Shown piece by piece: positions 34,543 through 47,904 of a stretch of 64,000 nucleotides of DNA. Below the pieces are notes generated by a model. That model was not told the DNA's origin. It ran no database searches and worked only from the letters and a program-made list of their open reading frames with translations. The position numbers and the translations under genes are program-made. The DNA comes from Selaginella moellendorffii (taxonomy: Eukaryota; Plantae; Lycopodiophyta), in the NCBI RefSeq assembly GCF_000143415.4, contig NW_003314341.1, positions 356,470 to 420,469 of the forward strand, in the 5' to 3' direction. Position 1 is the first letter of the stretch. Every line of letters begins with the position of its first letter.

Positions 34543-34594
34543 TATATTTGAACCCTATAGATCATCTCTCAAGTTGTTCTTTTTGGTACTTATA
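34543..34594 (-). repeat. Fragment of Cassandra-like TRIM LTR
   Basis: TATATTTGAACCCTATAGATCATCTCTCAAGTTGTTC...CTTATA resembles 834-887. Confidence 0.7.
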
Positions 34595-34599
34595 AGTAC

Positions 34600-35620
34600 C
34601 TTTACTCCTTGGTTTCATGTTTAGGAGTTTGACTCTATTCCTTCATTTAGTGGTCCAAGACCCTAAAACTTGGGTTTCATTCCACTATCCTTGGATACAT
34701 GGCATATAGCATGTGAAATGTGGCATATGGAGGGTTTATATTTTATTTCATAGTTATCCTATGGTAAATCACTATAGGATAAAAGGTGAAAACCATATAT
34801 GCTACACTCTAGCATTCCAATGCTAAGATTAATATGTAAAACAAAGTCAAATAGAGTGTAGTTTTATTTTAGTATACGTGTGGCTTAATGCAAGGATATG
34901 GGTACTCCACAAGCTAGTATGGTATGGAATTTAGGTTTAGACCCAAGCTACATGCAGAACAAGGATAGACATACAAATAAGAGTTAGACTATGCCTTAAG
35001 TTAGTCAATTATGCCTAACTTACCCACTATCCATACCATATATTTAAAACCCCCCCTCTTCCCCCTTGAAGAATGCACTTTTTGGGCTTTCACCTCAATT
35101 CCAAAAGTTAGTCTCTAGGACAATCACAAAAAATTACTAAATATAAAATGGTGCTAGATTATAAATTTGGACTTAAGAATAACACCGTTGTGCTTTGGAT
35201 AATCTCTACATTCCATAGATATGCTTAATTAATATATTTAGACACTTTCCATAAATCCATAAATACAATGGGACTAAATGAAATGAATATGAAGGGTGTT
35301 TAACAAATATAGTAAGCTATTATTTGACAATATTGAGGGACTAGTCTCAATACATGAGGATTCTTGTCAAGTTTATGTAAGACATAGCAAAAGAAAACTA
35401 AGAGCGAAGCTAAGTATGCTCAATAAGAAACATATAGAAGTTCCTATTTTATATTCTTCTAGCTAAGTACAGATGCTAAAACTATTTTACTAACACTTGA
35501 ACAATAGGGGCTGAAAAAGGATTTAGTTATACCAACCTCTTGCCATTGTAGTAGTAAAGAAAGAATATCTAAAAGAACTTGCTGACTAGTAACTTTCGAT
35601 GCTCACAGTCACATTTATGC
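34600..35620. repeat. Old D/E-family LTR with its first ~200 bp inverted
   Basis: ~34620-34806 is the reverse complement of the LTR start (ends ...ATATGCTACA); ~34810-35618 is colinear with 29850-31317-type sequence; strongly AT-eroded. Confidence 0.7.
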
Positions 35621-36327
35621 TTTATTAGTAGGCATTGTGAATTTTTAGATTCAAAATGGGTTTATTATTGCATGAGTATGGCCTCAACATCAATGACCAC
35701 ATTGTATTTTATTCCCCAAACCTATGGCATATACATATTTGGAGTTTTCGACAAGATCCTATTCCTTTACAGATTGTGGAGGAACCAACACACTATAAAT
35801 TGCATATAAAGTATCACTTGTAGAGGATCTTATGTGATGCAGTATTCATCACTATAGATGGTGTGATGAACACCCTTGATGCTATTGGTGGGTTCCATTT
35901 ATTGGCACTAGCACCATAGGTGATGCTAGCACCCTCACACCATGGCCATTGGCTGCACAACAAGTAAGCCTTGATTGTGGCCTCTATGGCTGCTAGTTGT
36001 TACTGCAAGCATGCCATGGCAGAGGCCATAAGCATTGAGCCTATGGCTGCAGCCACAAGGAGGCTCTAGCCTCCATGCACAACCTTGAAAAAAAACTAAG
36101 AAACAAAATTGCACAACCATGACCTAGGAGGAGAAGAAAGCATTACCCACCTAACCCTAGTGCTCAAGCTTGTGCTTGAGCTTTGCTTCTCTACCTTCGT
36201 ACCCTAGCAAATGAGGGTAGAAAAATCTAAGTGTTGCTTTTATATATTAGGGGAAAATCCAATAGTTGTGATCAAACTGATAAAATAATTTAAATTCAAA
36301 TTGATTTAAGTATTAGCTATATAATGT

Positions 36328-36924
36328 TGTAAGCTCCTGAATTTAGACTTCACTTGGGAGGTCATCCAGCCCAATATTATTTAAACCCAAAAATGTTTAA
36401 CCCCAAATATCCCAAGACCCTTAATCGATTGGAAAAAGGAATGCACTTTTATTCATGGGCCATTTCCCTCTATATTTAAACCCTTATGGATCGTCTTTCG
36501 AATCGTTCCCTTTAGTTGTTTACAATCCACCATACTTCCTTACAAATTCACACTCTCAATGAACGGAAGTTGAAAGCCACAACTCTCTTGAGAGCTTTGC
36601 TTTCTTGACACCCTACCCCTTGGGTCGAACCTAGTTAGAACAAACTAGATTTGCCAAATGTCAATCAACATGTGGTGCAATTCCTTTAGTCAACTAATAG
36701 GGTTGGACTCGAAACTTCTTTGATACTAAATATAAACTCTTGAATTTGGACTTCCCGGGAGGTCACTCAACCTAGTATTATTCAAACCCAAGTATACTTA
36801 AACCCAAATATCATAAAACCTTTAACCGATTGGAAAAGGGGGTGCATTCTTATTCATGAGCCCTTTTCTTTTATATTTGAACCCTTATGGATCGTCTCTT
36901 GAATCATTCTTTTTGGTTGCTTAA
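36328..36924 (-). mobile_element. Cassandra-like TRIM, copy 2 (older, C>T/G>A eroded)
   Basis: LTRs ~36328-36524 and ~36731-36924; same interior as copy 1; imperfect TSD AATGT/AATGC. Confidence 0.88.
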
Positions 36925-37445
36925 AATGCTATCAATATTAGATAAGAAATTGAATGGTATAAGGTTTTTTAAAGTTGGAGTAAAACTTAAATTAATTAGA
37001 ATTAAGAATAACTATTTAATATAGCTTGCAGAAAGGTAAATATTAAGAAATTAAAATAACTAACAATATTGGTATTGTTTTAAATTATTTATATTAAAGA
37101 ATTCATATTATTCAAATTTTTTATTGCATCTTCTACAAAGCATATTTTTGGAAACTGATTTGTGAATTAAATTATCTTTTAGTTTTGGATTGTTTTTATT
37201 TTTATTTTCCTTATTTTTAACACTATTATGGAACATATTTCTAGAAAAGAGTGATATGGGCTTCTAGAGATTATCAAGAGCTTTTGTATGATATATTAAA
37301 TTCCTAAAATTGCAGAAGAGATATTGTTGGTACTGAGTTGGAAAAACATGCATCTATGGCAAAATGAAAATGCATGCTGGCAAAAAAAAAAATTTACCTA
37401 TTTCTATGTGTATATCTTCTTTTTCATACTTTTTCCTGCCATATA

Positions 37446-37473
37446 TAGGGTTTAGGGTTTAGGGTTGAGGTTT
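37446..37473 (+). repeat. Short (TTTAGGG)n plant telomere-type/telo-box tract
   Basis: TAGGGTTTAGGGTTTAGGGTTGAGGTTT, about 3 units. Confidence 0.6.
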
Positions 37474-38397
37474 AAACCTACGCAACTATAAGAACTTGAC
37501 TGAAATAAAGTCTATGGGAGCTAAGAGACCAGACCATTTTTGTTATGTTCCATCAGTTGGCATGTCCCCAATCTTATGGCCAAGTGCATGCATTGATTCC
37601 CTCACAAATTGTGGATAAAAGGAAACCCATTAAACCACGAGTAAGATCTAAGGAGTCTTCCCCAAGATCACATGCTTTCCTCTCTAGAAAGAACATTTAA
37701 AAGATGTTCAGCATTAAAGAATCAAAAACATTGGCCAGCATCGTGTACGAAAATATTCTTTGAATATCAATCGTTGTCCACAATGGATGTTGGTAATGTA
37801 TATGCGCAGAGGCGCGGTCCGGGTCATGGTGTCGTACTTTCATTTGTCAACGTATTTTGACTGTTGTCGTCTTTCTTTTCCTTTACCTTTCATTCTCAAG
37901 AAGTGAAGCACCAGTGAGGCTTTTCGGTTAGGCTGTATCAGCAAGAGTGTGCTCGAGTTTTGGGGTTATGCCGAGGAGTTGTAAAACTTTCATGTATTTT
38001 TTTTCACTTTGGGCTTATCAAACGAGCATGGATGGATCCCTAGAAGAAGAAAGCCGAGAAAGCCAGGCTTAACGCCATCAACGAGACATGGATCGGCTCG
38101 AAAGGAGCAAGGAAATCCAGGAAACAAAAAGACGATCCTGATGAAGCCGGCAAGACGAATATGACCACAGACTACTAAATAGGTAGAGTAGAGCTTTATG
38201 TAAAAAGCTTGCTTGATATCACTAAGCGGTAGTGGTGGTCGATTTCATCAACTGGAGGGATAAAACCATGGAGCTGGGAAGATAAATCTTATAAATTGCA
38301 GATTCAAACGTTGGTTCAGTCTCACAGTCAGGATCAACCCCAAGACAATTGCTAGGCATTTCGATTAGTAAAGATCAACTTGGCTGGAGCCATAACC

Positions 38398-39616
38398 TCA
38401 AGTAAGAGAAAACTGTGTCATCAAACAGTTAGAATGGCCATAAGAGAGAAGAAATACAAGACTTACAAGATCTGGCAGAGGTTCTTGCCCATCACACCGC
38501 TTGAGTGTAAACATGTAGACTTTGGTCCTGTTCACTCCCACCACCTCCTCGTAGCTGACCACCTTGTAGTCTCCATCATACCGAAATTCTTTGTTGCCTA
38601 TTCCTCTCCTCCTGATAACTCTCACTTTGTTCTTGATGCCAATGGAGTTGCGCAGCGCCCGATTTCCACGTGTGAGGCATTGATCACTGGCCTTCACCTT
38701 TGCGTTGAGAGCGTTGTCACCGCCCGATCCACAGTACTCGAGGACGTCGCCCATGTCCTTGTTGTCCCTGTACAACCCTGAAACCACAATACTTGTCGCA
38801 AATGACAGTCCCATCGGGTTCCTTTCCTTGCTCACGAAATCGATGCCGGCTCGCTGGTTCTTGTGCAGGCCAACAATCGCGAGCTGAGCTCGGCATGAGA
38901 AGGTGTCAAACAGTCGGACCCCGGAGACCTTGCCAATGTGGTCACCTTGGTTGATCGCTAGTCCCTGGCAAACAGTACCATTAATCAGTGACAAGTGCCT
39001 AAAAAGTGTAGAGCTTGCCTGGTTTAGCATTTCTCTCGCAGCTCTCAAAGACGAGTGCTGTCTGGTCATAATTTCATCGAACTGTTTGAGAGCGACAATT
39101 ACTCGCTGCCGTGCTGATGCTTCCGGGTCCTGAGCTTGAGCTGGAATCCTGCTTGACAGGGATAGCGCCTCCCAGAAAGAGCTTGAGTTAAGTCGATGCT
39201 GCGAAGACCATATTGTTCCAACATTGACGCACAAAAGAAATTCCAGAACAAACCTGGTGTAAAGCTTTTGGGTGCTCGATGATTCTCAGGCGAGTTACCT
39301 GACCACAGCAGAGATTGATAAATAAAAATGGGGAAAAGACTGTCTACCTTTGAAGAAGAGGATTTCTTGCGAATCACCGTGGTCTTCTGAACCGCCGTGA
39401 TCTTCTGAATCCCCGTGCTCTTCTGGTTGAGAAGAGAAACAAGATATTGGCAAGAGAAAAAACACAGCGCAAGCAAAAGAAAGCTACTCATAGGAAATCA
39501 AGGAAATCAAGGAAATCGATGCTTGCGTCGCGAAAGATGAAGGAAAGAGCTCGGAAAACACATACCTCTGCAACGGATGATCGCCGCTCCAGTCTTGCGC
39601 ACCCGCTTCGGTCCAT
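38398..39616 (-). CDS. SRA/YDG-domain methylcytosine-binding protein, SUVH-like but without pre-SET/SET (~287 aa)
   Basis: SRA motifs IGKVSGV...VGLH...AGID...ATSIVVSGLYRDN...YCGSGG...DQCLTRGNRAL...VRVIR...YDGDYKV...LKR..GQ. Proposed exons (all phase 0): 39616-39566, 39422-39348, 39298-39254, 39198-39019, 38964-38467, 38412-38398. The 5' exons are less certain. Confidence 0.85.
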
Positions 39617-42600
39617 CGCTCACACAAGCAATAGCACCCCAAGCGAGGCTTGCCTTGCATCGTCTTTCTTGAATGCTTGCTGGGAGAGGAAGGGAGTAAA
39701 GAAAATCCGTGTAATTTCGAAATGACCGAAATATGATGTGGCAAGTATCGACTGGCTATACCATTATCTAGAATGTCATATTAGGGGATCTACAAATCAA
39801 GCATTCAATGCCTGTAGCAGCCATGAGATTCGCAAGATTTCATAGCTGATAAAATGAAATTTAGGGCTGTCTTCTCATTCATTAATTTAAGCAGTTAATT
39901 CTCTTTCTTGATTTCCAACTTCATAACCTATGTAGTAAAATTTGTTATATTATGCTTTTTTAAGCCACTAATTAAAATTGTTCCATATATTAATTACATG
40001 TTTATATCACCCAGAGGTATATGCAATTGCTATAATTTATCTCTCCCTCACTAAGAATTTGTACAATTCATGTGTTTAAAGTTGTTCCATATTTGTTAAG
40101 TAGATATCTCAAGATTCAAGATTGTGTAGAAACAAACCGAGCACTAAATTATATTAATGGTTTATGTTTAATATCCAACTAACTAGCTAAACTTAGCTTA
40201 AGTTTGCATGTACTAAAATGGTTACAAATAAAGAGAGGTTTTATAGTATCTCACAAATGAGGATTTATTAATCTTCAAGAATTCAGCTATTGACACAAGA
40301 AATATTATAGTGTTTAAACTCAAACTTTTCTATACATATAAAGTAAACTTAGTTTACTTTGCCTATTCTAGATTTTTAAGATTCAGAGTAATATTCATGA
40401 CTAAGAGTCCTGACAATGCCTCCTCATTTATGAACAAGGAAGAAGCCAAAACAATACTGAAAACAAGTTGAACAAAGTTGGAGTCTAGTGGGTTGTGGAA
40501 TTTGAAAGAACATTATGATCATGCATATAATTGAGTAATAGTACATTTAAGAGTTGGAGGTAACCATACTCAAATTATCATTGTAGCTCAAGTTGTGTAT
40601 ATCAATCCATTTCAAAAACTTATTTTGCAAAATTTTTCACCTCCCTCTATAAAGGTGTTAACTATTCACTATAAAATTGTTATAGAATGAACCCTTTCTA
40701 GTAATTAAGCTTTCTAGAGATTTCCATTGGAAAAAATAATTAAGTTCTAGTGATTAGCATAATCTGACCAAAAACGAAACAAATAGCATAAAAAAAGAGT
40801 ATTTATCTGGAATGAAATGAATATCAAACCTTACATCTCTTCTTCAAAGTGTAATGGATATTTGTTATTTATTATTTTTCTTCTTAGTATCACCAAAAGT
40901 CAGAGAGCACAAATATCTATAAAAAAATAAAAATATATTTCTTATGAAAAATAATAAAATATAAAATTGTTAATAGTTAAAAAGACTTTAGCTGTTGAAT
41001 GCTCAAGCTATAGCCTAATTTTCTTCTACTATCATACTTAAAACAAAGACATAAATTGAGATCAAATCTTTGGTTGAGAAGAAAGACAAAACTTAGTGTT
41101 GTGGTAACTTCATAGGATCCCAAAAAGAGGTAGAAGAAAATACTCAAATTTAAATAATATATAAGAAGGCTAGGGCAAACTTAACTTTAAATTTAAGATT
41201 CGAGAACAAATTTTCAACACAACATGGTTAGAAGTGCACATCCAACCACAACATATAGTGATGTTTTTACCTTGAGTGATCTCTCTACCTTGGGGGATGG
41301 GGGACCTTCCTGGTGCCAAGTTGGTGTGTGTCCTATTTTCTCTGTGCTTAGAGCTATGTAGGATAGAAGATGTTAGTTGAGGGTATTTACCATAGAGGAA
41401 AGAGAAACTATATATACACTATAAATAAATATTCTTGACTTGCAATATTGAACATCTAAATATAGGTAAAGTATATATATATAGGTAAATTTATCTTGTG
41501 AACTAGGTTTAAGTCTTACATAATGTCAACTTTGGTTAAGTATTTATAGGCTTATATCTATTAATCAGTTTTACTTTTTCTTCCTCTTTTTATCTTGTGC
41601 TTCAATTGTTTTTGCAAGTGCTTCACACTAATTTCCCTCATGAATACTACATCAATTATCCTATTCTTTGACTCTCTTAGTGCTTTATTAACCCAATTTA
41701 TCTTAGTTGCAAAAACATTCTCATCTTAAGTTTTCCACAATTTTTTTTTCTTATTCATTGCTTTTGCTTTCCTTGCTTCACACCAATATTCTTATGCTCG
41801 CTCATACTCACCATAAAAAAGGGGACATGGGGGGGGGGGGGGGGCACGTAGGGGTTAAGGTATCCATCCTCAAAAGAATTTATAGCAAATTAGGTTTAGC
41901 AAAGAGAGAGAAATAAAAAGAAGTTTTGAGGATCCATCCTCACGTGTCATTGGAAAAAGCAGTCTTTATTTTAGGGAAAACATTAGTGTTGATTAAATTT
42001 AGGTATATTCTAAATGTGGTTAGTATTGAAGGTTACTTGTTAATAAGTCCTTTCAAATACTTTCTTTTTACTGCTATGATGGTAGAAGATTGGTATTGTT
42101 GGTTTCTTTTGTCAATTTCTACCTAAGTTAATTGAGAAATTGATCATTACATATGCATTTGATTAAAAAAGCATAAGAACATTCCTAAGTGTTATTAGTC
42201 ATACATATTTAACCTGGTTAGAGAAATTTATTTATTAATTTGCACTTTAGAACACAATATTAAGCTTAGGGCTTTTTCACTCCTACCCTTATCTTTAGAG
42301 TTAATTTTTTTAAAAGGGAAATTCACTTTGCACAAAAACTTAAAAATATTTTTAAGAGATATTTTAAGGATAAATTTACTTCGCTATTAACCTTTCAGTT
42401 ACCCTTAAATTCTAGAGAACCACATGCAAAGTTAAGTGACCCCAACGACTTTACTATTAGGTATTTCCCTTAGCTCATCTTCCCTTCTCTCAGAATGGCC
42501 AATGAGATACTAGAAGTATTGATAATCCTTGTAGCAGTTGATTGAGCACCTAAATTTACCACTACTAGAGTTTCTTTGGCAAAGCATTGCAAGTTGATCT

Positions 42601-43159
42601 AGGTCTCCAACAGCATATCAGAATAGTTGAGCTCTTGAGCTCTTGAGCTATCCCTTGATCCAGCATAGAGTGTGAGCTCTTGGACTCTTAATCTCTCTCT
42701 CTCTAACACTTTTAGTTGGTTTGCAGCATGAGCTCCTAATTTAGCCTTTCTCCCTTTTGTTAGATCTCTTGATCCCCCAGACACCAATGTCTTGATTCAG
42801 CACTCTTACAGAGGTATGAGCTCTTGGGCTCTTGATTTCTCCCTTGCTCTAATGCCAGAGCTATTGATCCAACCCCTATATCTCTCATTTAGCTTGCATC
42901 TCTTTCATTCCAACAGCATTTCTAACATTGTTGGCTCTTAATCAGCTTGATCTAGTGACTCTAGAGTGTCAGCATCTCAATATCTAGCTCCCATGATGTG
43001 TAGATGCAAATCAAAGCACTTTAATAAACCCTTAAGATTAATAAAAGGTTAATTTTTAAACTTAAATATATTGTGTGGATGTAAAACCCTTAAAATACTT
43101 AAATAAAATACTTAATGATTTTTAAGGTTAAATATATTGCATATAGGCTCTTAATCCCT

Positions 43160-44061
43160 TAATATTCACTATAAAATAGATTATTGTGTCTGCCATATAC
43201 TCTCATTATCATTCCCCATATGTTAGTTCTATTTTAGTTGTATTAATTATGTATTAAAGTGTTAGTTAGACATGCCTATGGAATGAAGAGGATGTTCTAA
43301 ATACTATGGTGTTGTTCCTATGTCTAGATTAATAATTTAGCACTATTCCATATTTAATAAATTTTCAAACTTATCCTAAAGACTACCTCCAAGAATAGGG
43401 GTGAAATTCCAATGAACTTTCATATAAGGGGAAAAGGGCTTATGAGAATTAATATACAATAAGGATATTGGGCCATTTAGGATATTATTGGACTCCTTAT
43501 AAGGTGTGTCTATCCTCGTTTTGGGTCTAACTTAGGTTTAAGCCCAAATGCAATATCATACTAGCCAATGGAGTATCTATATCCTTGTAGTGATATGTTA
43601 AAATAGTGATAGACTTTGACTCCATTTTGCATTGTTGGTCCTTAGGATGTTGGAACTATTCCAGTTTTACTCCATGCTTATGTTCTTTAAGTGGTCCTCT
43701 TGCTTAATAACAAAAGGGGTAATTATAAGATGATGAAGTCCTAGAGGTTAATAGAACTTAGTCAAAGATTAGAGGATAATATTATTTTTATTTTGTTTGG
43801 CTTTGTTTTGCATATTAATTTTAGTGTTAAAATGATAGATATTTTAGAACTACTCCATTATTGTTTTATAGTTATGTTCTTTCACTCCCGGACTATATAC
43901 TTGGGAATGTGGCTCTATCCTTTAGTTTAGTGACTTAAAGTTCTAAAACTTATGTCCCACTTTATTGCTCTTAGCACAAATATCCAAAGGTTAAGTTCCA
44001 CTTTATAGTTATCCTATAGTAATTCACTATAAGGTATAGGGTGAAAACCACATGTGCTACA
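43160..44061 (+). repeat. Heavily decayed D/E-family LTR in opposite orientation (left end approximate)
   Basis: Ends ...GTGAAAACCACATGTGCTACA (reverse complement of the D/E LTR start); internal remnants such as GGAGTATCTATATCC. Confidence 0.65.
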
Positions 44062-44278
44062 AGGTAGGCATATTTATAATTTAATTAAATAAATTAAATA
44101 AATTAGATATATTTTAAAATCACTAAAGTATAGTTTATTTATAATTTAGAAAACAATTTTAAAGGTAAAAATTCTCAGTTATATAAAATAAATTATTTAT
44201 TTAAATATATGGATTAATTTTATTGATTAATCCTTTTATTTTAATTTTTAGACATCCAAAAACTTAAAAATTCAAACA

Positions 44279-44381
<103 letters not shown>

Positions 44382-44481
44382 NNNNNNNNNNNNNNNNNNN
44401 NNNNNNNNNNNNNNNNNNNNNNNNNNNNNNNNNNNNNNNNNNNNNNNNNNNNNNNNNNNNNNNNNNNNNNNNNNNNNNNNN
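44382..44481. other. Assembly gap (100 N)
   Basis: Run of N; contiguity across it is not guaranteed. Confidence 0.99.
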
Positions 44482-47400
44482 GTGTCAAATGGAATATATA
44501 AAGCTTTTTTTGGGTGATTATAAACTATTATAAGAATCTAAAACCCCCACTAACATAGTTATTGACAATTATGACTAAAACAAAACCCAAAGTCATTAGT
44601 CGACTATAAAATCCTAACAAATTAGTTGCAACTTTATATGCAACTACCAAATGCTTGAACCAACTTTGAAGCCATAATTTTAAATCGAAATAAAAGACTT
44701 TGAGAGCCATTGCACAATAAATAATACATCCCATTTACAAGTTTGTTCATCAATGATTTTCCAAGATTACCATTAACTCAAACTCATGACTATAAGCAAA
44801 ATCTACCTCTATGTCTTCCCTTTAATTAATATCTAAAACCCGAGTTAACCAAACTCATAACTATTATTTTCGTCTAGCACTATATATAGGAGGTCAAACT
44901 CACTTTATTCATCCTTCATATCCTCCTTATCCCTCCTCGAAAGAAAAAAAGTTTTGAAGCACCAACTTATTTACTATTAAATACACTATTCTCATCCTCA
45001 CTTCATAATCCATGTTATTTGTCCTTACTTTATTACCGTATTCGCTTATCCTCACTCTATGTTGGGGCTAGACTCCCATCCGTCCCCTCTACCCCTCCTC
45101 TAAAGAAAAAAATGTTTGAATCATTAGGGAAAAGAGGAGAAAGTGAGAAAAATTGAGGAAAAAACATTGTGGAAGAATAAAAAGTGGGTAAAGAAGCATC
45201 AAAAAAGGAATTTTGAACAATTGTCAAGGTATAAATGAGGAAAAAAATGGAAATGTGCTTAAAACTTGGAAAATAAAGAATCTTTTATAATAAAATACTT
45301 CGGCTACTATGAGATAAGTAAAGATTCACACTATTCAACTTCTTCAACACACAACTCAACACTTGAGATGGGAAAATCAATAGAAAAATCCACATTTTCA
45401 AGGGAAAAAATAAACACTTTAGAAGCAATGATAAAACAAAAGCTCTCAATAACACTCATAACCAAGAATATGCACTCAATTTGAAACTTTGGCCAAATTG
45501 ACTCAATCTTTAGAATAAAGGAATATTCAATATTGATTAAAGACTCCACCAATGAAATAAAAATAAAACTCTCAACTTCACACACACATTGAACATTTAG
45601 ATTAGTATGAGGAGGATAGAAAACACTCAATTTAACACCAGACTAAGAATGAGAATTATAAAAATCACAAATGATTGACATGTTATGAGAAAGAAATATT
45701 ACAAATAAGGAAGAAACACTAGGAGCATGAGAAACTAGATCAAAGAGAGAAATTAAAAAAAAAGTTAGGAAAGAGCATAAGGTAAAAAGAAAGGATTAAA
45801 AGGCAAATTAAAAGATTAACACTTACCTTATGAAATCTTCATTTTGTTTCCAAAGCTATCTCCATAATAATCAAGCTCATCATCACAATCCAGAATCCTA
45901 TAAACTCAATTCTCAAATGTTCTCTAAGAACCAAATTACATTATTTATATCTTGTCAATCAATGTCATGATTATACTCCATATCAATAAGAGCTGGCAGA
46001 ATATTGAGAATAGGACAAGCTGTGTAATTATATCCCATGGAAGCTAGAGGTGACAACACACCAAAGATGGGTGTAACACCAATATAATCACACCCCACAA
46101 TACCAAAAACTTGATCCAATGGAATAACATTAATAGCCTTAAGTGATATATTCTTTGATCGATGACAACATCAACATGCCATGGCAAAAGAAGAGAATGC
46201 AATAAAGATTAGAAGAAAGAACAAATTTAAACACAGCAATAACTAGAATTTTAGATCTTGTAAAAAACTAATACAAATCTAGATTTAAAAGAATATGAAG
46301 AAATAAGAACAAAAAGCATGATCCAAAACACTAGAGCAAAGAACTACCAAAAAGTTTGCCTTTCAGGGATAAATTATAATACCCCTCGCTTCCACCAATA
46401 TGAGTGTTTGGAATATGCAAATTAGTATAGACCTCTGTTTATATACAAGAATTGATGGATCACCCAAATAGACAGTCTATATATTATAATACTATAACTA
46501 ATGTATTACTTAGACATAGTAATACATATATAGACATACATATATTTATAGACCTTACAATCCCAAACACTCACAATATCCCAAATATTCACTATATATA
46601 TATAGACTGTTTATATATATATATAACACATACAGAATATATATATATTTGTATGTGTATGTGTGTGTGTGAGGTTCAAGTGTACAGCTACAATACCATA
46701 TACTAATATTAGTATAGTTGGATGTTAGTAGCCATCGGATTGGTTTCAATCCGGACCATTCACTCCTATATATAAGTTAAGGTTTTTGGGCTAATTGATA
46801 TGTACATTTTTTGTATTCACTTTTCATATTCCATGCACTCATATTGATGGAGGTGAAGGGCATCTTTCATTATTCTTGAGGAGTGCTTAGATTTAGGATT
46901 TTGGTTTAGATCTAGCTTTTGCATTGTCTAAATCTAGTTTTTTCCATTGCCTTTCTTTTATTCTTTCCTTTTAGGATTTTGGTTTAAATCTAATTTTTCT
47001 ATTGTCTAGATCTCCTTTTCCTTCTAGTTTTTTTTTTATTTCTCTTCTTTTGCTCTTTCTTTTTCGTTCATCTTCATGGTAGAGCAACCGTCTCCTCCTT
47101 TAACTTTGGAGCAGCAGTTGGTGCAATTGCTTGATGCTATGCGATTGCAATTGAACAACCAAACTCAGTTGATGGCAGCATTTATGGCATGTGGTACAAC
47201 TCCTCCTACTCATGGTGCCAATCCTCACGTTTAGCTGGAGTTCTTTTATGGGAATCTTGGGGATGATGTGTACCATTGGTTCGATCACTTCATAGTGATT
47301 GCCACATATCATTCTTGGGATGATGCTCGACATTTGTATGAGTTTTCCATGTGTATCCAAGGGATGGTGCTGTAGTGGTACAATGGTTTGAGTGCAAAGA

Positions 47401-47904
47401 TTCATGGGGATTGGAGGGTTCTCCAGAACGTCTTTAAATGTGCATTTGGACATGTTGACGATTGTGATGATGCCTTTCAATTATTGCATCATCGTTGTCA
47501 AGGGCCATTTGAGTCGGTGATGCAATTTGGCATTCGTTTTCGAAGCCTCTTGCTTCGTGTGGAGTCCTTGGGTATGTGAACCTCATCTTGTGACGAAGTT
47601 TGATGGGAGTATTTTTTTTGCATCCACTATCGTTTGTTGAACGAAGTGACGACCTTGGATGTGTACCCTTTTCCTCACACTACTGATCTTTTAAATTGTC
47701 TAGAGAGAAGTCGTTAGTTCACCAAGCTAGATCTTGCTTCTGGGTACTAGCAAGTAATGATGGCTGAACAAGATATTCTTAAGATTGCTTTTCGTACGCT
47801 ATTTGGTTTGTATGAGTTCTTGGTGATGCCATTTGGTATGAACAATGCTCCAGCAACTTTCCAATAGATGATGGATGACATTCTTTGTGATATGCCAGAG
47901 GTGA

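Noticed and set aside
37446-37473. Chromosome end or healed break
   Set aside because: Only ~3 telomeric units; such tracts are common interstitially.
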